Source: Macrostomum lignano
Taxonomy: Eukaryota
Length of the DNA: 64,000 nucleotides
Direction: 5' to 3'
NCBI GenBank assembly: GCA_002269645.1
Contig: NIVC01000423.1
Span: 124,001-188,000 of the forward strand
Below, in pieces: positions 1 through 13,490 of the stretch; the first letter of the stretch is position 1; every line of letters starts with the position of its first letter. Below the pieces are notes generated by a model. It did no database searches, was not told where the DNA came from, and was given only the letters and a program-made list of their open reading frames with translations. The translations under genes and the position numbers were made by a program.

Positions 1-426
1 TGTGGCTGTGGCGCCTCCTTCATCATGTATCTGTGCATGGCGCCCCCTTTATGGACTCTGCCGAGGCTTCAATTCAAGATATTGTGCCCTGTCAACAAGG
101 AGATCCTAATTGTCTTGGCCCTTTGTACAGCATACGAGCGTAAATTGTTTGCCATATTGGCCTGAGTGATAAAACATTGTCCAGGGGCTCCTGCAGCACG
201 TGACATACTCAATTCATAGTTCATACCTGTATGTCGGTATAATGATACCAGCATCAGGGGCCGAGCTTCCTATATTTGATAATTGGATTGGCTGACAGAC
301 TTAGAGACATTGAACAAGTTTATAGCAATATTTCATCATTACATCATCTATAAAGTAGTCACTTCGTATAAACTTCTAATTTCGTTGTGTACATATACTC
401 GTACTATACTCGTAATATACTCGTAC

Positions 427-945
427 TGAGGGTCATGGGGATCATGAGGGTCATGGGGATCATGAGGGTCATGGGGATCATGAGGGTCATGGGGATCATG
501 AGGGTCATGGGGATCATGAGGGTCATGGGGATCATGAGGGTCATGGGGATCATGAGGGTCATGGGGATCATGAGGGTCATGGGGATCATGAGGGTCATCA
601 AGCCGTGATGAAGGTCATAGAGGTCATGGGATGGTTGTCATCCGGTCATGGGAATCATGAGATTCATCAAGCCGTGATGAAGGTCATAGAGGTCATGGGA
701 TGGTTGTCATCCGGTCATGGGAATCATGAGATTCATCAAGCCGTGATGAATGTCATAGAGGTCATGGGATGGTTGTCATCCGGTCATGGGAATCATGAGA
801 TTCATCAAGCCGTGATGAAGGTCATAGAGGTCATGGGATGGTTGTCATCCGGTCATGGGAATCATGAGATTCATCAAGCCGTGATGAAGGTCATGCAGGT
901 CATAGGGGTCATGGGATGGTTGTCATCCGGTCATTGGGGATCATG
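427..945. repeat. Minisatellite: 18-bp unit (tgagggtcatggggatca, about 10 copies) followed by a 69-bp higher-order unit (about 4.5 copies)
   Basis: Direct repeats read from sequence; agccgtgatg recurs at 601, 670, 739 and 808 (69-bp period). Confidence 0.95.
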
Positions 946-1720
946 AGAGTCATAGGGGTTGTGGGAGTCATGGGGTCATATGAATTGTTACGGGAGTCAT
1001 GGCTTCCCAGACGGCATGATGACTATTAAAAATTGAATTCTTACTTTTACTTAGTAAGAATCACGAATATGATGGTACGTACAAGTATATGTAACTTAAA
1101 AAACTAAAAAACACTGGCAAAAAGTTGGACCGCGATGCCTGGCTATGTTACAGAGACGCGTCGCTGACTAACAGGTGACAGAATAGAAGTTGAAAAGCAA
1201 TACTGGCTGTTTGTCATTTCCAGATCTCTATAATCCCTGATCCCTGCAGTTCCTCCAATGAGCAAGCAGCAGTCGCAGCTTCCGATCACCAGCCTCCCCA
1301 TTAGCTGGAAAACAAATTTCCTCAAACCCTTCTTGAAAATGCCACTCCATTATTGGGGTCGCGGGATTTGCTCCCCTAAAAACGTCTTCTAAGTCAATTC
1401 CTCACCCTTCTGCGCTCCGCCCCCGGTTGGCGCCCAATCCCGGATAGCCTCCTCACCGCCATTCTCCCCCAATCCGGTGGGAGATCCCCGCCTCCCCTCC
1501 TTTTCCTTCCTCATCCCCCTTCTGGGGATTTTTTAAGAGCCCCCGCTCCGCCTCCGAAATCCTGCTAGCAGCAACAAAAATCTCCCGATTGTCTCTGCGA
1601 ATCGCTAATCGACTTGTTTTGCTTCGGAGAACTGCAAGTGGCTTCCAGTTTGTCTGCCGTCTGTCAAGCGGTGAGTGAATTGGTTTAAGGGTTGAGCAAG
1701 TCTGCCTTTACTGCTCCTGT

Positions 1721-2425
<705 letters not shown>

Positions 2426-3359
2426 TGTATGTCTGCCTGTATATCTCATCTCTGTCATTAGCTCCTTCATGTATTCAACCAGCCGGAAGCCCTCTCAGTA
2501 CCCAATATTAAGAAGTATGTTGCTGCTAGGACAACCTGGTCCCGACTTGCGAGAAAGCCATCCATGGATTACTAAAAACTTGTCCATTCGCATTCATAGT
2601 AAAGGTTTTGGCCCCACTGAATTTTACGATTTACATTTATCAAACAGCACCGGTATAAATAAAGAGACACTTTTAAAGCTTATATTATTGATGGCAACTT
2701 CGGCGGCCGCTCCCAGTTCCCATGGAAAAATTGACATTAAGAGGACCCTCTTTCCCGCAAAGGTTTTCCTCCCCCGGTTTTGATTGCTCCATCTTCCTCA
2801 ACAGACTAGAATACTACTATAAGACTTTAACCTGCAGATCGCCTGATAAATTAGGATCAATTCTGTGCGGCTGGCCTCTGTGAAGCCCGAAGTGTCTTCT
2901 TCTAGGGGAAAGAGAAAATAGAGGAAATTCTGCAGTTCCTATGGGGGCGCCTTTCTCTTTTGAATCATACCGCCAGAGAGGCTTTGAAGTGTGTTTACCC
3001 ATGCCTACCTATATAGATAGCCACGCCACCTTTATATGGAATTCCATCTTTAACTTTCACTTGTCTCGCCTATTTTTTGCGAACCTGTGCCACACGAAAC
3101 TGAAATTTTTGAGGCAAGTTAATTGCTGCTGGTTTGCGCGCGGCAAGTTCAAACTAATAAGGAGATGGATGGAGCAACTGGGGCGGAGGTTAGGGAGTGG
3201 CGCAGGTGCGCTACTGAACACCTGTTGCACACTGGCTTAGTTTAGAGTTTGAGTTGGTCAAATTTAATCTTTTTCTATAGAGTTGACACAATAATGCACT
3301 GCAGTTTTCTGTAGTTTATGGTGCTATCTACACTATATATAGAATCCTCTGTGCTCGTA

Positions 3360-3428
3360 TGACGTCATCTATATTAGCATCCTCTGTATGACGTCATCTA
3401 TATAAATAGAATCCTCTGTATGACGTCA
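3360..3428. promoter_or_regulatory. Three perfect CRE palindromes (TGACGTCA) in a short ~30-bp repeat upstream of prospero
   Basis: TGACGTCA at 3360-3367, 3389-3396 and 3421-3428; function is inferred only. Confidence 0.35.
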
Positions 3429-4594
3429 TCTATATGTACAGAATCATCTGCATGACTCCTCGAAATTATAAGATAACCTTCCTCAGGACGCCTTCCTACG
3501 GATGGGATTATTGAAAAACGGCAAAAAATGGTGTCCACAAAACTGGGTCACGTGACACTAGGCGACTTTCTCTTGCCAGCTCCCCGAGTTCTCAGACTAT
3601 CCATATGCTAATTAGTGTTTTTTCGATCTTTTTTGGCTCACTTTTATGCGAGAATATTGAATGCAGAATGGATGTTAAGAGTTGAATAAGCTGACCTAGA
3701 AGGTGGAAAGGACCCCCGTTTTTATGCTGAGTCTTGTTCGAGCAACCAGTGGCTTGTCTTGTCTTTCTGGGCCATTTATAGACTCTCGAAGATGCCTCAC
3801 AGTGTTGATGCTGTGAGCGCGGCTCTTTCTTAAATGCAAATAGTTGAGACTATTGGTGTAAGCTGTAACTGAACTGAGTAGTTTCAAAATTCAATTCAAA
3901 TCGCCATTTATATGGATTCTTTTGGCCTTTGTTAAACTGTTCACTAACTCGGCCATGCATGCGGCCCCGCTCAAGGTTTGTGTGTCTTCTTTTTTTCTTT
4001 TTTCTTCTCTCTCTTGTCTCACAGCTTTTCTCCTCTCTCCCCTCCTCTCACCTCTTATCTCTCATCTCCCCTCTCTCTACTTTCTCCCCTCCTTTGTCCT
4101 CTCATCTCTCATCTTCACCCTCTCCTCTCTCCCTCTCTCCTCTCTCTTCTCCTCTCCTCTGGCCCGCGACCATGCGCTAGACTGTTCACCGACCCAGTCT
4201 ACCCAGTCTCTCGTTCTGGGCGTCCTTGTCCTCTGCGGGAGCAACAGACCGAACCGAACTGCACAACCTGACTAACCAACTAAATGGCCGAGTGATAAGA
4301 AGCAGCATTGATAGATAAACTGATTCGCAGGAAGCCACCAGCAGAAAAATCCATAGCCCGGAAGTGAATTCGAATCTTAAATATTAGATAAAGATCTATT
4401 CTAAAAAACAGGCAATGGATCCGATACACAAACTTGTAGCAATAATTTTTTATCCATCTTTCAAGAAATTTAAGCAAACCGGAAGTCAACAATTTTCGTG
4501 AAGTTTGTATTCAAAACTAGAATTTACTATATGAGATTAATGACTCAAGTTGGAGATTTGAAAATTGAGCCTTAAACCCGTCATCATCCAGACC

Positions 4595-6049
4595 ATGAGC
4601 GCTCTCGCTGCCATGCCGGCTGTCGAAAGCAAATCCTCCGACGCCACCACCGTCGTCAACAACACGGCCTCTGACGTCACTCCGGCAGCCGCGCCGCCAG
4701 CTTCCGACGAATCTGCTACCGGAACTGCTGCCAACCGGAAGCTGGCCGACTACTACGTGCGCAGCATCCTGAAGCCGGTTCAAAACGACCGCGAACTCGA
4801 CGAATTGGATGAAATTGACGACGAATGCGAAGTCGGCATCGGCGGTGTCATCGACGCAGACGACGCCGACGTCGCTGCCGCCGCATTCGACGGAGTTGTC
4901 GAGGATGACGACGAAGTTGACGACAATGACGTCGGCGAGGAAGAGTTCGCGATGGAGGACAGGGAAGCTGGAGCGGCACCAGCGGAGCCAGAAGAGTTCG
5001 ACGACACACGCGCCGAACTGTGCCGTCGACGTCGGAAACGGAAGCAGAGCACGCCGCAGCCGCTGACTGCCGACTCCGATGAAGACGACGTCGAAGATCA
5101 AGAAGAAGACCCCGACGAAGATGCTGACTTGGACGCTGAGATTCCGCAGGCTGACAGCACCGAAGCCGAGCAGCAGCAGCTTCCGGAAGAAGATTCAATA
5201 GAGGTGCGCGCTGAAATCCGTCGAGTTCGGGCTGAGCTCAGCGCGATGCAGACTCACTACGCCAGACTCATGGATAGCAGCGCTTCATCGGCAGCTGGCG
5301 CCGAGGCTGAGACCAGCAAACCCGACAGCTGCAGCAGCAACAGCAACAACAATAACAATAAAGACAAAGATGAAGGCCAATCAAACCAGACGGCACAGCC
5401 TCCAACCACTTTGCCGCTGCCTCTGCCGCCATTCCTGACGGAGCCGCAGCTGCGCAGCCTCGCCGACGCCTTGAAGAAGCAGATGAGCGACGATGTCGGG
5501 CGCATGGTGGACTCGCTGGTTGGCAAAATTCGCGATGGCGTGAAAACTCAAATGCGGCTGGCAGCAGCCGCTCGAGCTGCTCACGACCAGCATTTCCTAC
5601 AGCAGCAGCAGCAGCGGCCGCCGTTCGGTCTCTATTCCTTCCCAATGCTGCCTGAAGGCTTCCCGAAACCGCCACCGATGCCCCAGCATCCGCATTCCCA
5701 GCATCATCAGTTTTGCGGCGATTTCGGACGCAGGCTTCTGTTCGACGAGCACTGGAGGCCGCCGCCTCCGCCTCTGCCTGCGCATCCGCTGCCTCCCCAG
5801 TCGACTTCGCAGCAGACGTCGCAGATGCCGCCTCCGCCCCTGCCGTTGCCCTCGTCGGCGGTCTCCAGAGGTCCAGGACACTTCCTGCCGCCGCCTCCGC
5901 CGCACCTGCCCTTTCACCCGCCGCCGCCACCGCCGCCCCCGCCGCCGCCGCATTATTCAGCAGCGGCTGCACTGTTTCAGCACCATCAGCATGAGGCTCG
6001 AAAGAAGGAGCAGCAGCAGCAGCAGCATCACAGTCTGCATCAGATGCAT

Positions 6050-6090
<41 letters not shown>

Positions 6091-6184
6091 GCATGCGGGT
6101 GTTGGCGGCGGCAACCGGCAGATGCACACGCATGGCAACGAGCTGGCGATGCCGATCGGACCGCCGAAAAAGAAGAGAACAAAG
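4595..6184 (+). CDS. pros: Prospero/PROX homeobox transcription factor, coding exon 1 (acidic, Pro/Gln/His-rich; ends KKKRTK)
   Basis: Long ORF with ATG at 4595; GT donor at 6185 splits the conserved KKKRTK|VTDTR motif. The true start or an upstream exon is uncertain (AG at 4590-4591). Confidence 0.85.
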
Positions 6185-6224
6185 GTGATTGGGGCTGAAT
6201 TGCCGACAGTGCACCGGTAGACGG

Positions 6225-7680
6225 ATAGTAGAAATCTATCAATCTACCAGGGAAATCAATCAATCTACGGTTGAACTACGGTAGAAATCTATCAATCTAC
6301 AGCAGAAATTCATCAATCTACAGTAGAAATCCATCAATCTACAGTAGAAATTCATCAATCTACAGTAGAAATCTATCAATCTACAGTAGAAATCCATCAA
6401 TCTACAGTAGAAATTCATCAATCTACAGTAGAAATCTATCAATCTACAGTAGAAATCCATCAATCTACAGTAGAAATTCATCAATCTACAGTAGAAATCT
6501 ATCAATCTACGGTAGAAATTCATCAATCTACAGTAGAAATCCAACACACTACAGTAGAAATCTATCAATCTACAGTAGATATCCATCAATCTACAGCAGA
6601 AATTCATCAATCTACAGTAGAAATTCATCAATCTACAGTAGAAATTCATCAATCTACAGTAGAAATCCATCAATCTACAGTAGAAATCCATCAATCTACA
6701 GTAGAAATTCATCAATCTACAGTAGAAATCTATCAATCTACAGTAGAAATCTATCAATCTACGGTAGAAATCTATCAACCTACAGTAGAAATCCATCCAT
6801 CTACGGTAGAAATCCATCAATCTACGGTAGAAATCTATCAACCTACAGTAGAAACCCATCAATCTACAGCAGAAATTCATCAATCTACAGTAGAAATCCA
6901 TCAATCTACAGTAGAAATTCATCAATCTACAGTAGAAATCTATCAATCTACAGTAGAAATTCATCAATCTACAGTAGAAATCTATCAATATACAGTAGAA
7001 ATCCATCAATCTACAGTAGAAATTCATCAATCTACAGTAGAAATCTATCAATCTACGGTAGAAATCCATCAATCTACAGTAGAAATTCATCAATCTACAG
7101 TAGAAATCCATCAATCTACAGTAGAAATTCATCAATCTACAGTAGAAATCCAACACACTACAGTAGAAATCTATCAATCTACAGTAGATATCCATCAATC
7201 TACGGTAGAAATCTATCAATCTACGGTAGAAATCTATCAATCTACAGTAGAAATCTATCAATCTACAGCAGAAATCTATCAATCTACAGCAGAAATTCAT
7301 CAATCTACAGTAGATATCCATCAATCTACAGTAGAAATCTATCAATCTACAGCAGAAATTCATCAATCTACAGTAGAAATCTATCAATCTACAGTAGAAA
7401 TCTATCAATCTACAGTAGAAATCCATCAATCTACAGTAGAAATCTATCAATCTACGGTAGAAATCTATCAATCTACGGTAGAAATCTATCAATCTACGGT
7501 AGAAATCTATCAATCTACGGTAGAAATCTATCAATCTACGGTAGAAATCTATCAATCTACAGTAGATATCCATCAATCTACAGTAGAAATCTATCAATCT
7601 ACGGTAGAAATCTATCAATCTACAGTAGATATCCATCAATCTACAGTAGAAATCCATCAATCTACGGTAGAAATCTATCT
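6225..7680. repeat. 21-bp minisatellite (ctacagtagaaatctatcaat, about 69 copies) filling prospero intron 1
   Basis: Occupies about 1455 of the 1525 nt intron 6185-7709. Confidence 0.97.
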
Positions 7681-7709
7681 GCCCCCCTGTCCCGGCTGCC
7701 CAACCCCAG

Positions 7710-8168
7710 GTCACGGACACCCGTTTGTCCCCAGCACGCTCTGCTGTTGCCGCTGCCGCCGCAGCCGCCGCCAGTCGACATCACGCCGCCGCTGCTGCCC
7801 TCATGGGCGTTGAGGGACCGCCGCAACTGCCGCCGACTTCTTCAGCGACCTCCTCTTCCTCATCCTGCTCGGTCGTCGGCTTCCCGCCTTTTTTCTGCCC
7901 GGCGGTGAGTCACCCCGCCGCCGCAGCCGCCGCCGCCTCCGCTGCTGCAGCCGCCGCCGCGGGCTTTCCGCACTCGCAGCCGTTCGCCAACATCAACGGA
8001 CGAGCTTCGGCAGCTGCTGCCGAAGTCAGCCGCTCACCTCGCGGCGCTTCCAGAGGCGGCGGGGGCGGCAGCGTCGGAGTCGTCAGAGTGGCGAGTCCCG
8101 AATCTTCCGTGAGCGGCGTTGCCAATGGCAACGAGATAACGGCGTCAGCGTACGACGGAATTTCGCAG
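7710..8168 (+). CDS. pros: prospero exon 2 (VTDTRLSPAR...YDGISQ)
   Basis: Acceptor caaccccag at 7701-7709 restores KKKRTKVTDTRLSP; donor GTCTGA at 8169; phase 0 at both ends. Confidence 0.85.
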
Positions 8169-8194
8169 GTCTGAATTTTTTTAATCAAGTCTAT

Positions 8195-8440
8195 CAATCA
8201 TAAAAATCAAGACTATCAATCGTAGAAATCAAGTCTATCAATCATAGAAATCAAATCTATCAGTCATAGAAATCAAATCTATCAATCATAGAAATCAAAT
8301 CTATCAGTCATAGAAATCAAATCTATCAGTCATAGAAATCAAATCTATCAGTCATAGAAATCAAATCTATCAATCATAGAAATCAAATCCATCAATCACA
8401 GAAATCAAGTCTATCAATAATCGAAATCAAGTCTATCAAT
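8195..8440. repeat. 21-bp repeat (agaaatcaaatctatcagtcat-type) at the 5' end of prospero intron 2, related to the intron 1 array
   Basis: About 11 units sharing tagaaatc and ctatcaatc with the intron 1 unit. Confidence 0.9.
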
Positions 8441-9675
8441 CAACTTAATTTTAAAAGATCTTGTCAAAAGCCATCAATTCACTTTTTCGTAAACAACATT
8501 CTCAATTGCAATTTGACTTGACGACAACAAACAAAGCGTTGAGCTAAGCTTAAAAAATCAATTTTCACAATCGGGATTCAATGCAGGAGAGCTCATTCAC
8601 TCAAGTTTCATTACTCATTGCTATTTAAGGATCCTAACAAAGAATTTTACTTTCTGCATCTCTGCAGAAGCAACAGAGGCATTTTGTCTTCAACTCTTGC
8701 TTCTGGCGGATTAACGACTTTTTTAGATTTAATTTTTTTATTAATCCTACTCTCAGTTTTAATTTCCTCATTGCTGCAGAAGCAGTTCGCAAAGACAAGA
8801 GGGGAAGCTCAGTGCTTTTTTTAGCCTTCTGCTCTGCTGCTTTTCGAGACTGACTGCCTCCCTCCATCCGCGTTTATTGATGCCGCAGATTTTTTCACTT
8901 CTCCCATTTCTGGGATGATCGGGCAAGGCTCGCCCCCTCGGGTTTGCCTGCTTTTTTCTTTAGGGTCGCCCCGCTTTTCTTCAGCCATTCTTTGCAGTTG
9001 CGAAGCGTGGCGTCTGCGGATTCACCTTTTTTTCGTTGGAACTGGAGTCGCTCGGTCTGGCTCTCCGTCTGAGCTGCTTCCGTCTCACCTGCTTTTGTTC
9101 CTCCCCTATAGATCTGCTTACGGATCCCTCTGTCTACCCCACTTCACTCTCTCCCTCTCTTCTCCTACTCAATCCCTCCACCTCTCCCTTGTCACTCTCT
9201 ACTTTCCTCTCTATCCTCTCCCTTCTCACTCTATCACTCTCTCTACACTACTCCCTCTGTAGTTCATCCAAGTTTCTTTAGATTATAACAAAATTAACTA
9301 TGACTGTGCAGTATAAAAGATTCCTCACACTTTTTACAATCAAATTCAATGTACGGACCTGTGCGAACCTGCATGTCCTACAATTTCGTTGAGCAAAATT
9401 TTTACAGGTAAAAAAATGTTTTTTTCAGTCTGAGGTGCCCATCAACCTATTCTAACTAGCCTTCTAACTAGGATAGGAGATCGCATGAAGCTGTGCACAC
9501 AACTGCTGCCTTACCTGCTTATCAACTTGAGCTTCTGAGGCACTTGCTAAGCAAGATTTCCTCGGTCTCTTTCGGCTTTGTCCACTCTCACTTTTTGAAT
9601 CGTGTGTGTTATTGCTTGATCTAACCTGTGTAGTCGCCTCACTTGGACTCAAGATAAGCTGAGCACACAAGAGTC

Positions 9676-9677
<2 letters not shown>

Positions 9678-9751
<74 letters not shown>

Positions 9752-9878
9752 TGATTTTGCTATGCGAGCAGAAAACTACCTTGAGATGAAATTATTCTCG
9801 GAAAAAGAGGCCTGAAAAAACACTGGTGGAACTTGCGCGCTGTGTTTGTTCCAAAGGGCGCCTGTTTCTCGTGTCTGC

Positions 9879-9921
<43 letters not shown>
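9678..9921. repeat. (CT)n 9678-9746 and (GT)n 9883-9921 microsatellites
   Basis: Direct reading. Confidence 0.95.
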
Positions 9922-9923
<2 letters not shown>

Positions 9924-10409
9924 CTTCTGCCCGCCTGTTTCTGTCTTTTTGACTCAAAACGATCTGGCCAAAAGTCGGTCCGGGCTTTTTTTCTCGAGAC
10001 AACAATCTCTGAAATCGAAATTGAAGTCAGCTCGTACCCTCCTGCCTTGCTCAGGGACCTTCGCTTTTTCTGCTTTTGGGATTTTTTTAAAGTCGGCTGA
10101 TCAAATTTGAAGTTTGTGCACTGCATAGTCTGGTGCGGGGGGGGGGGTTAGCGCTGAATTCCAGTTCGAAGCCTTTGAATTGATTTGATTCTTGCCTTGT
10201 TGACATTGACAGCCCCGAGAATGTCTGTTTTAAACAATTGTGAGTTTATGCAAAGAATGAAGAAATAGAGGGCAAGGACTGGTGGTGCTTCGTTGGTCAG
10301 GCTAAATTCGGCCTGAAAAAACCATTGAAACAACTTTTGTGAGGCCGACTTTACGATTTAAGAGTTCGTGGTTACCATCGAAAGACCAATTTTAGGCGGT
10401 ATGAGAGCC

Positions 10410-11515
10410 GTGTACTGTAGGACCTCTCAGAGACATGCTGTAGGACCTCCCAGAGACATGCTGTAGGACCTCTCAGAGACATGCTGTATAGGACCTCCCA
10501 GAGACATGCTGTAGGACCTCTCAGAGACATGCTGTAGGACCTCTCAGAGACATGCTGTATAGGACCTCCCTGAGACATGCTGTATAGGACCTCCGTGAGA
10601 CATGCTGTAGGACCTCTCAGAGACATGCTGTAGGACCTCCCAGAGACATGCTGTATAGGACCTCTCAGAGACATGCTGTATAGGACCTCTCAGAGACATG
10701 CTGTATAGGACCTCTCAGAGACATGCTGTATAGGACCTCTCAGAGACATGCTGTAGGACCTCTCAGAGACATGCTGTATAGGACCTCTCAGAGACATGCT
10801 GTAGGACCTCTCAGAGACATGCTGTAGGACCTCTCAGAGACATGCTGTAGGACCTCTCAGAGACATGCTGTATAGGACCTCCGTGAGACATGCTGTAGGA
10901 CCTCTCAGAGACATGCTGTAGGACCTCTCAGAGACATGCTGTAGGACCTCTCAGAGACATGCTGTAGGACCTCTCAGAGACATGCTGTAGGACCTCTCAG
11001 AGACATGCTGTATAGGACCTCTCAGAGACATGCTGTAGGACCTCTCAGAGACATGCTGTAGGACCTCTCAGAGACATGCTGTAGGACCTCTCAGAGACAT
11101 GCTGTAGGACCTCTCAGAGACATGCTGTAGGACCTCTCAGAGACATGCTGTATAGGACCTCTCAGAGACATGCTGTAGGACCTCTCAGAGACATGCTGTA
11201 GGACCTCTCAGAGACATGCTGTATAGGACCTCTCAGAGACATGCTGTATAGGACCTCTCAGAGACATGCTGTAGGACCTCTCAGAGACATGCTGTAGGAC
11301 CTCTCAGAGACATGCTGTAGGACCTCTCAGAGACATGCTGTATAGGACCTCTCAGAGACATGCTGTATAGGACCTCTCAGAGACATGCTGTAGGACCTCT
11401 CAGAGACATGCTGTAGGACCTCTCAGAGACATGCTGTAGGACCTCTCAGAGACATGCTGTATAGGACCTCTCAGAGACATGCTGTATAGGACCTCTCAGA
11501 GACATGCTGTAGGAC
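10410..11515. repeat. 23/25-bp minisatellite (taggacctctcagagacatgctg[ta]) in prospero intron 2
   Basis: About 46 near-identical units with a 2-nt length variant. Confidence 0.97.
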
Positions 11516-12774
11516 CTACTCTACTCTACTCTATTAGAGAAAGCTGCGAAGTTAACTAGAATTCTTATACAAAAAGTCAAAGAATGAAAAGTCTGAAAAC
11601 GGCACAGCGGATCAACTAATACCTGCTGGCTTCCATCAAACACCGGAAGTCAAAGTGAAATACCGAAGAATAGAGAAAAACTGCGATACAGTTTACAGAC
11701 CCAGCTACAATATTGGTTCAACAGAATACACAAGACGCAAAAGACCTGAATGCATCCTACCTATCTGATAACTTGCCGGGCACATCCTGCTTTCTCTAAC
11801 AAAATCTAAAGGCATGAAACTGACGATTAGAATGATGGAGGAAACTGGAAATGGAAGGCAATGCTAAACTAACGCAGATGGTGGGTCCGGGAGTGGGATG
11901 AGGTGTTGAAATCCGATCTCACCATCGTCTTCTCCTTTTACTCGGGGATCGGGCGCGTCGGGGAGAGGTTGAGAAATCCTGAGCAGGATACGACACTTTT
12001 TGTGAGTCTCGCTATTATGGATAAAGCCAAGGAGGCCTGACACCACAGCCTGACAACTCATCGTCCCATTTTCAAGCCATGTTGAGACAACTTCAGTCAG
12101 TACAGTCTTCATAGCAAGCCCCCAGTCGAAACAATAATCAAAAACCAAACCAGGTTCTGTTTGCTGGCCACCATGGCTTGGCCTAGGAGTTCCTATTGGC
12201 CGTAGATAAAAAACTGAGCTCCAAGCCTCTATAATAAGCCTTGTTTTCTGGGAAGAAATTTTTTTCTGAAAGCTAAATTCACCGCGGATGCCTTTCTCGC
12301 TATTTTTTATTGCTGACTTCTTTTGTGTCCGGGAACAGCGCGGGTCTCTCTTTGTGGATTCCAGATCGCCCGGACACAATTTCCTTCTTATCGGATTTCC
12401 TAAGATGTCGCAGCGGCTTGCAATTAAGCATTGAACAGACGTGCAGCCGAGGCGAAGAATTCAGGTTGTGGGCTTGGGTCGGATCTCTAATGGAACGGCT
12501 AATGCTCAAGTACACCCGATGGCGCGAGAGTGAATGCTTGCATAGTTGCATTTCTTTTGTGCATGGGAAGGGGCAGTATGACTGGTCTTCGACTCCCAAC
12601 GGCTCCTGGAATCTTGAAAGATTTTTTTTCAATTCAGTGAGATAAAAATGCCATTTTTGTCTGATTAGTGCGGCCTACGATCGTCGCTTCTATTTGATTC
12701 CAAAGTGTTCCATTTTTCATCGGAATTGCCATTTCGATTTCTACGGAGTGTCAACTCGATGTTTGAAGAAAGTG

Positions 12775-13490
12775 TGCCATTTCAATGTCTGATGAAGTGC
12801 CATTTCGATGTCTGATGAAGTGCCGTTTTGATGTCTGATGAAGTGCCGTTTTGATGTCTGATGAAGTGCCGTTTTGATGTCTGATGAAGTGCCATTTCAA
12901 TGTCTGATGAAGTGCCATTTCGATGTCTGATGAAGTGCCGTTTTGATGTCTGATGAAGTGCCATTTTGATGCCTGATGAAGTGTCATTTCGATGTCTGAT
13001 GAAGTGCCATTTCAATGTCTGATGAAGTGCCATTTCGATGTCTGATGAAGTGCCATTTCGATGTCTGATGAAGTGCCATTTTGATGCCTGATGAAGTGCC
13101 ATTTCAATGTCTGATGAAGTGTCATTTCGATGTCTGATGAAGTGCCATTTCAATGTCTGATGAAGTGCCATTTCGATGTCTGATCAAGTGCCATTTCGAT
13201 GTCTGATGAAGTGCTATTTCGATGTTTGATGAAGTGCCATTTCGATGTCTGAGGAAGTGCCATTTTAATGTCTGATGAAGTGCCATTTCAATGTCTGATG
13301 AAGTGCCATTTTGATGTCTGATGAAGTGCCATTTCAATGTCTGATGAAGTGCCATTTTGATGTCTGATGAAGTGCCATTTCGATGTCTGATGAAAGGCCA
13401 TTTCAATGTCTGATGAAGTGCCATTTCAATGTCTGATGAAGTGCCATTTCGATTTCTGATGAAGTGCCATTTCGATGTCTAAGGAAGTGG
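12775..13490. repeat. 23-bp minisatellite (atgtctgatgaagtgccatttcg) in prospero intron 2
   Basis: About 31 units with degenerate edges. Confidence 0.97.

Noticed and set aside
1575-1676. Candidate upstream non-coding prospero exon ending at donor gcg|gtgagt (1671)
   Set aside because: A good donor alone is insufficient without transcript evidence.
4517-6263. Antisense and alternate-frame ORFs over prospero exon 1 and over the gypsy pol regions
   Set aside because: Shadow ORFs of GC-rich coding sequence.
6260-7908. About 500-aa ORFs on both strands (SIYSRNL and RLIDFYC repeats)
   Set aside because: They are translations of a 21-bp array inside a prospero intron; a unit length divisible by 3 keeps frames open.
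12775-13490. Hammerhead ribozyme (CUGAUGA core) satellite
   Set aside because: The required GAAA and flanking stems are not on the same strand as CTGATGA.
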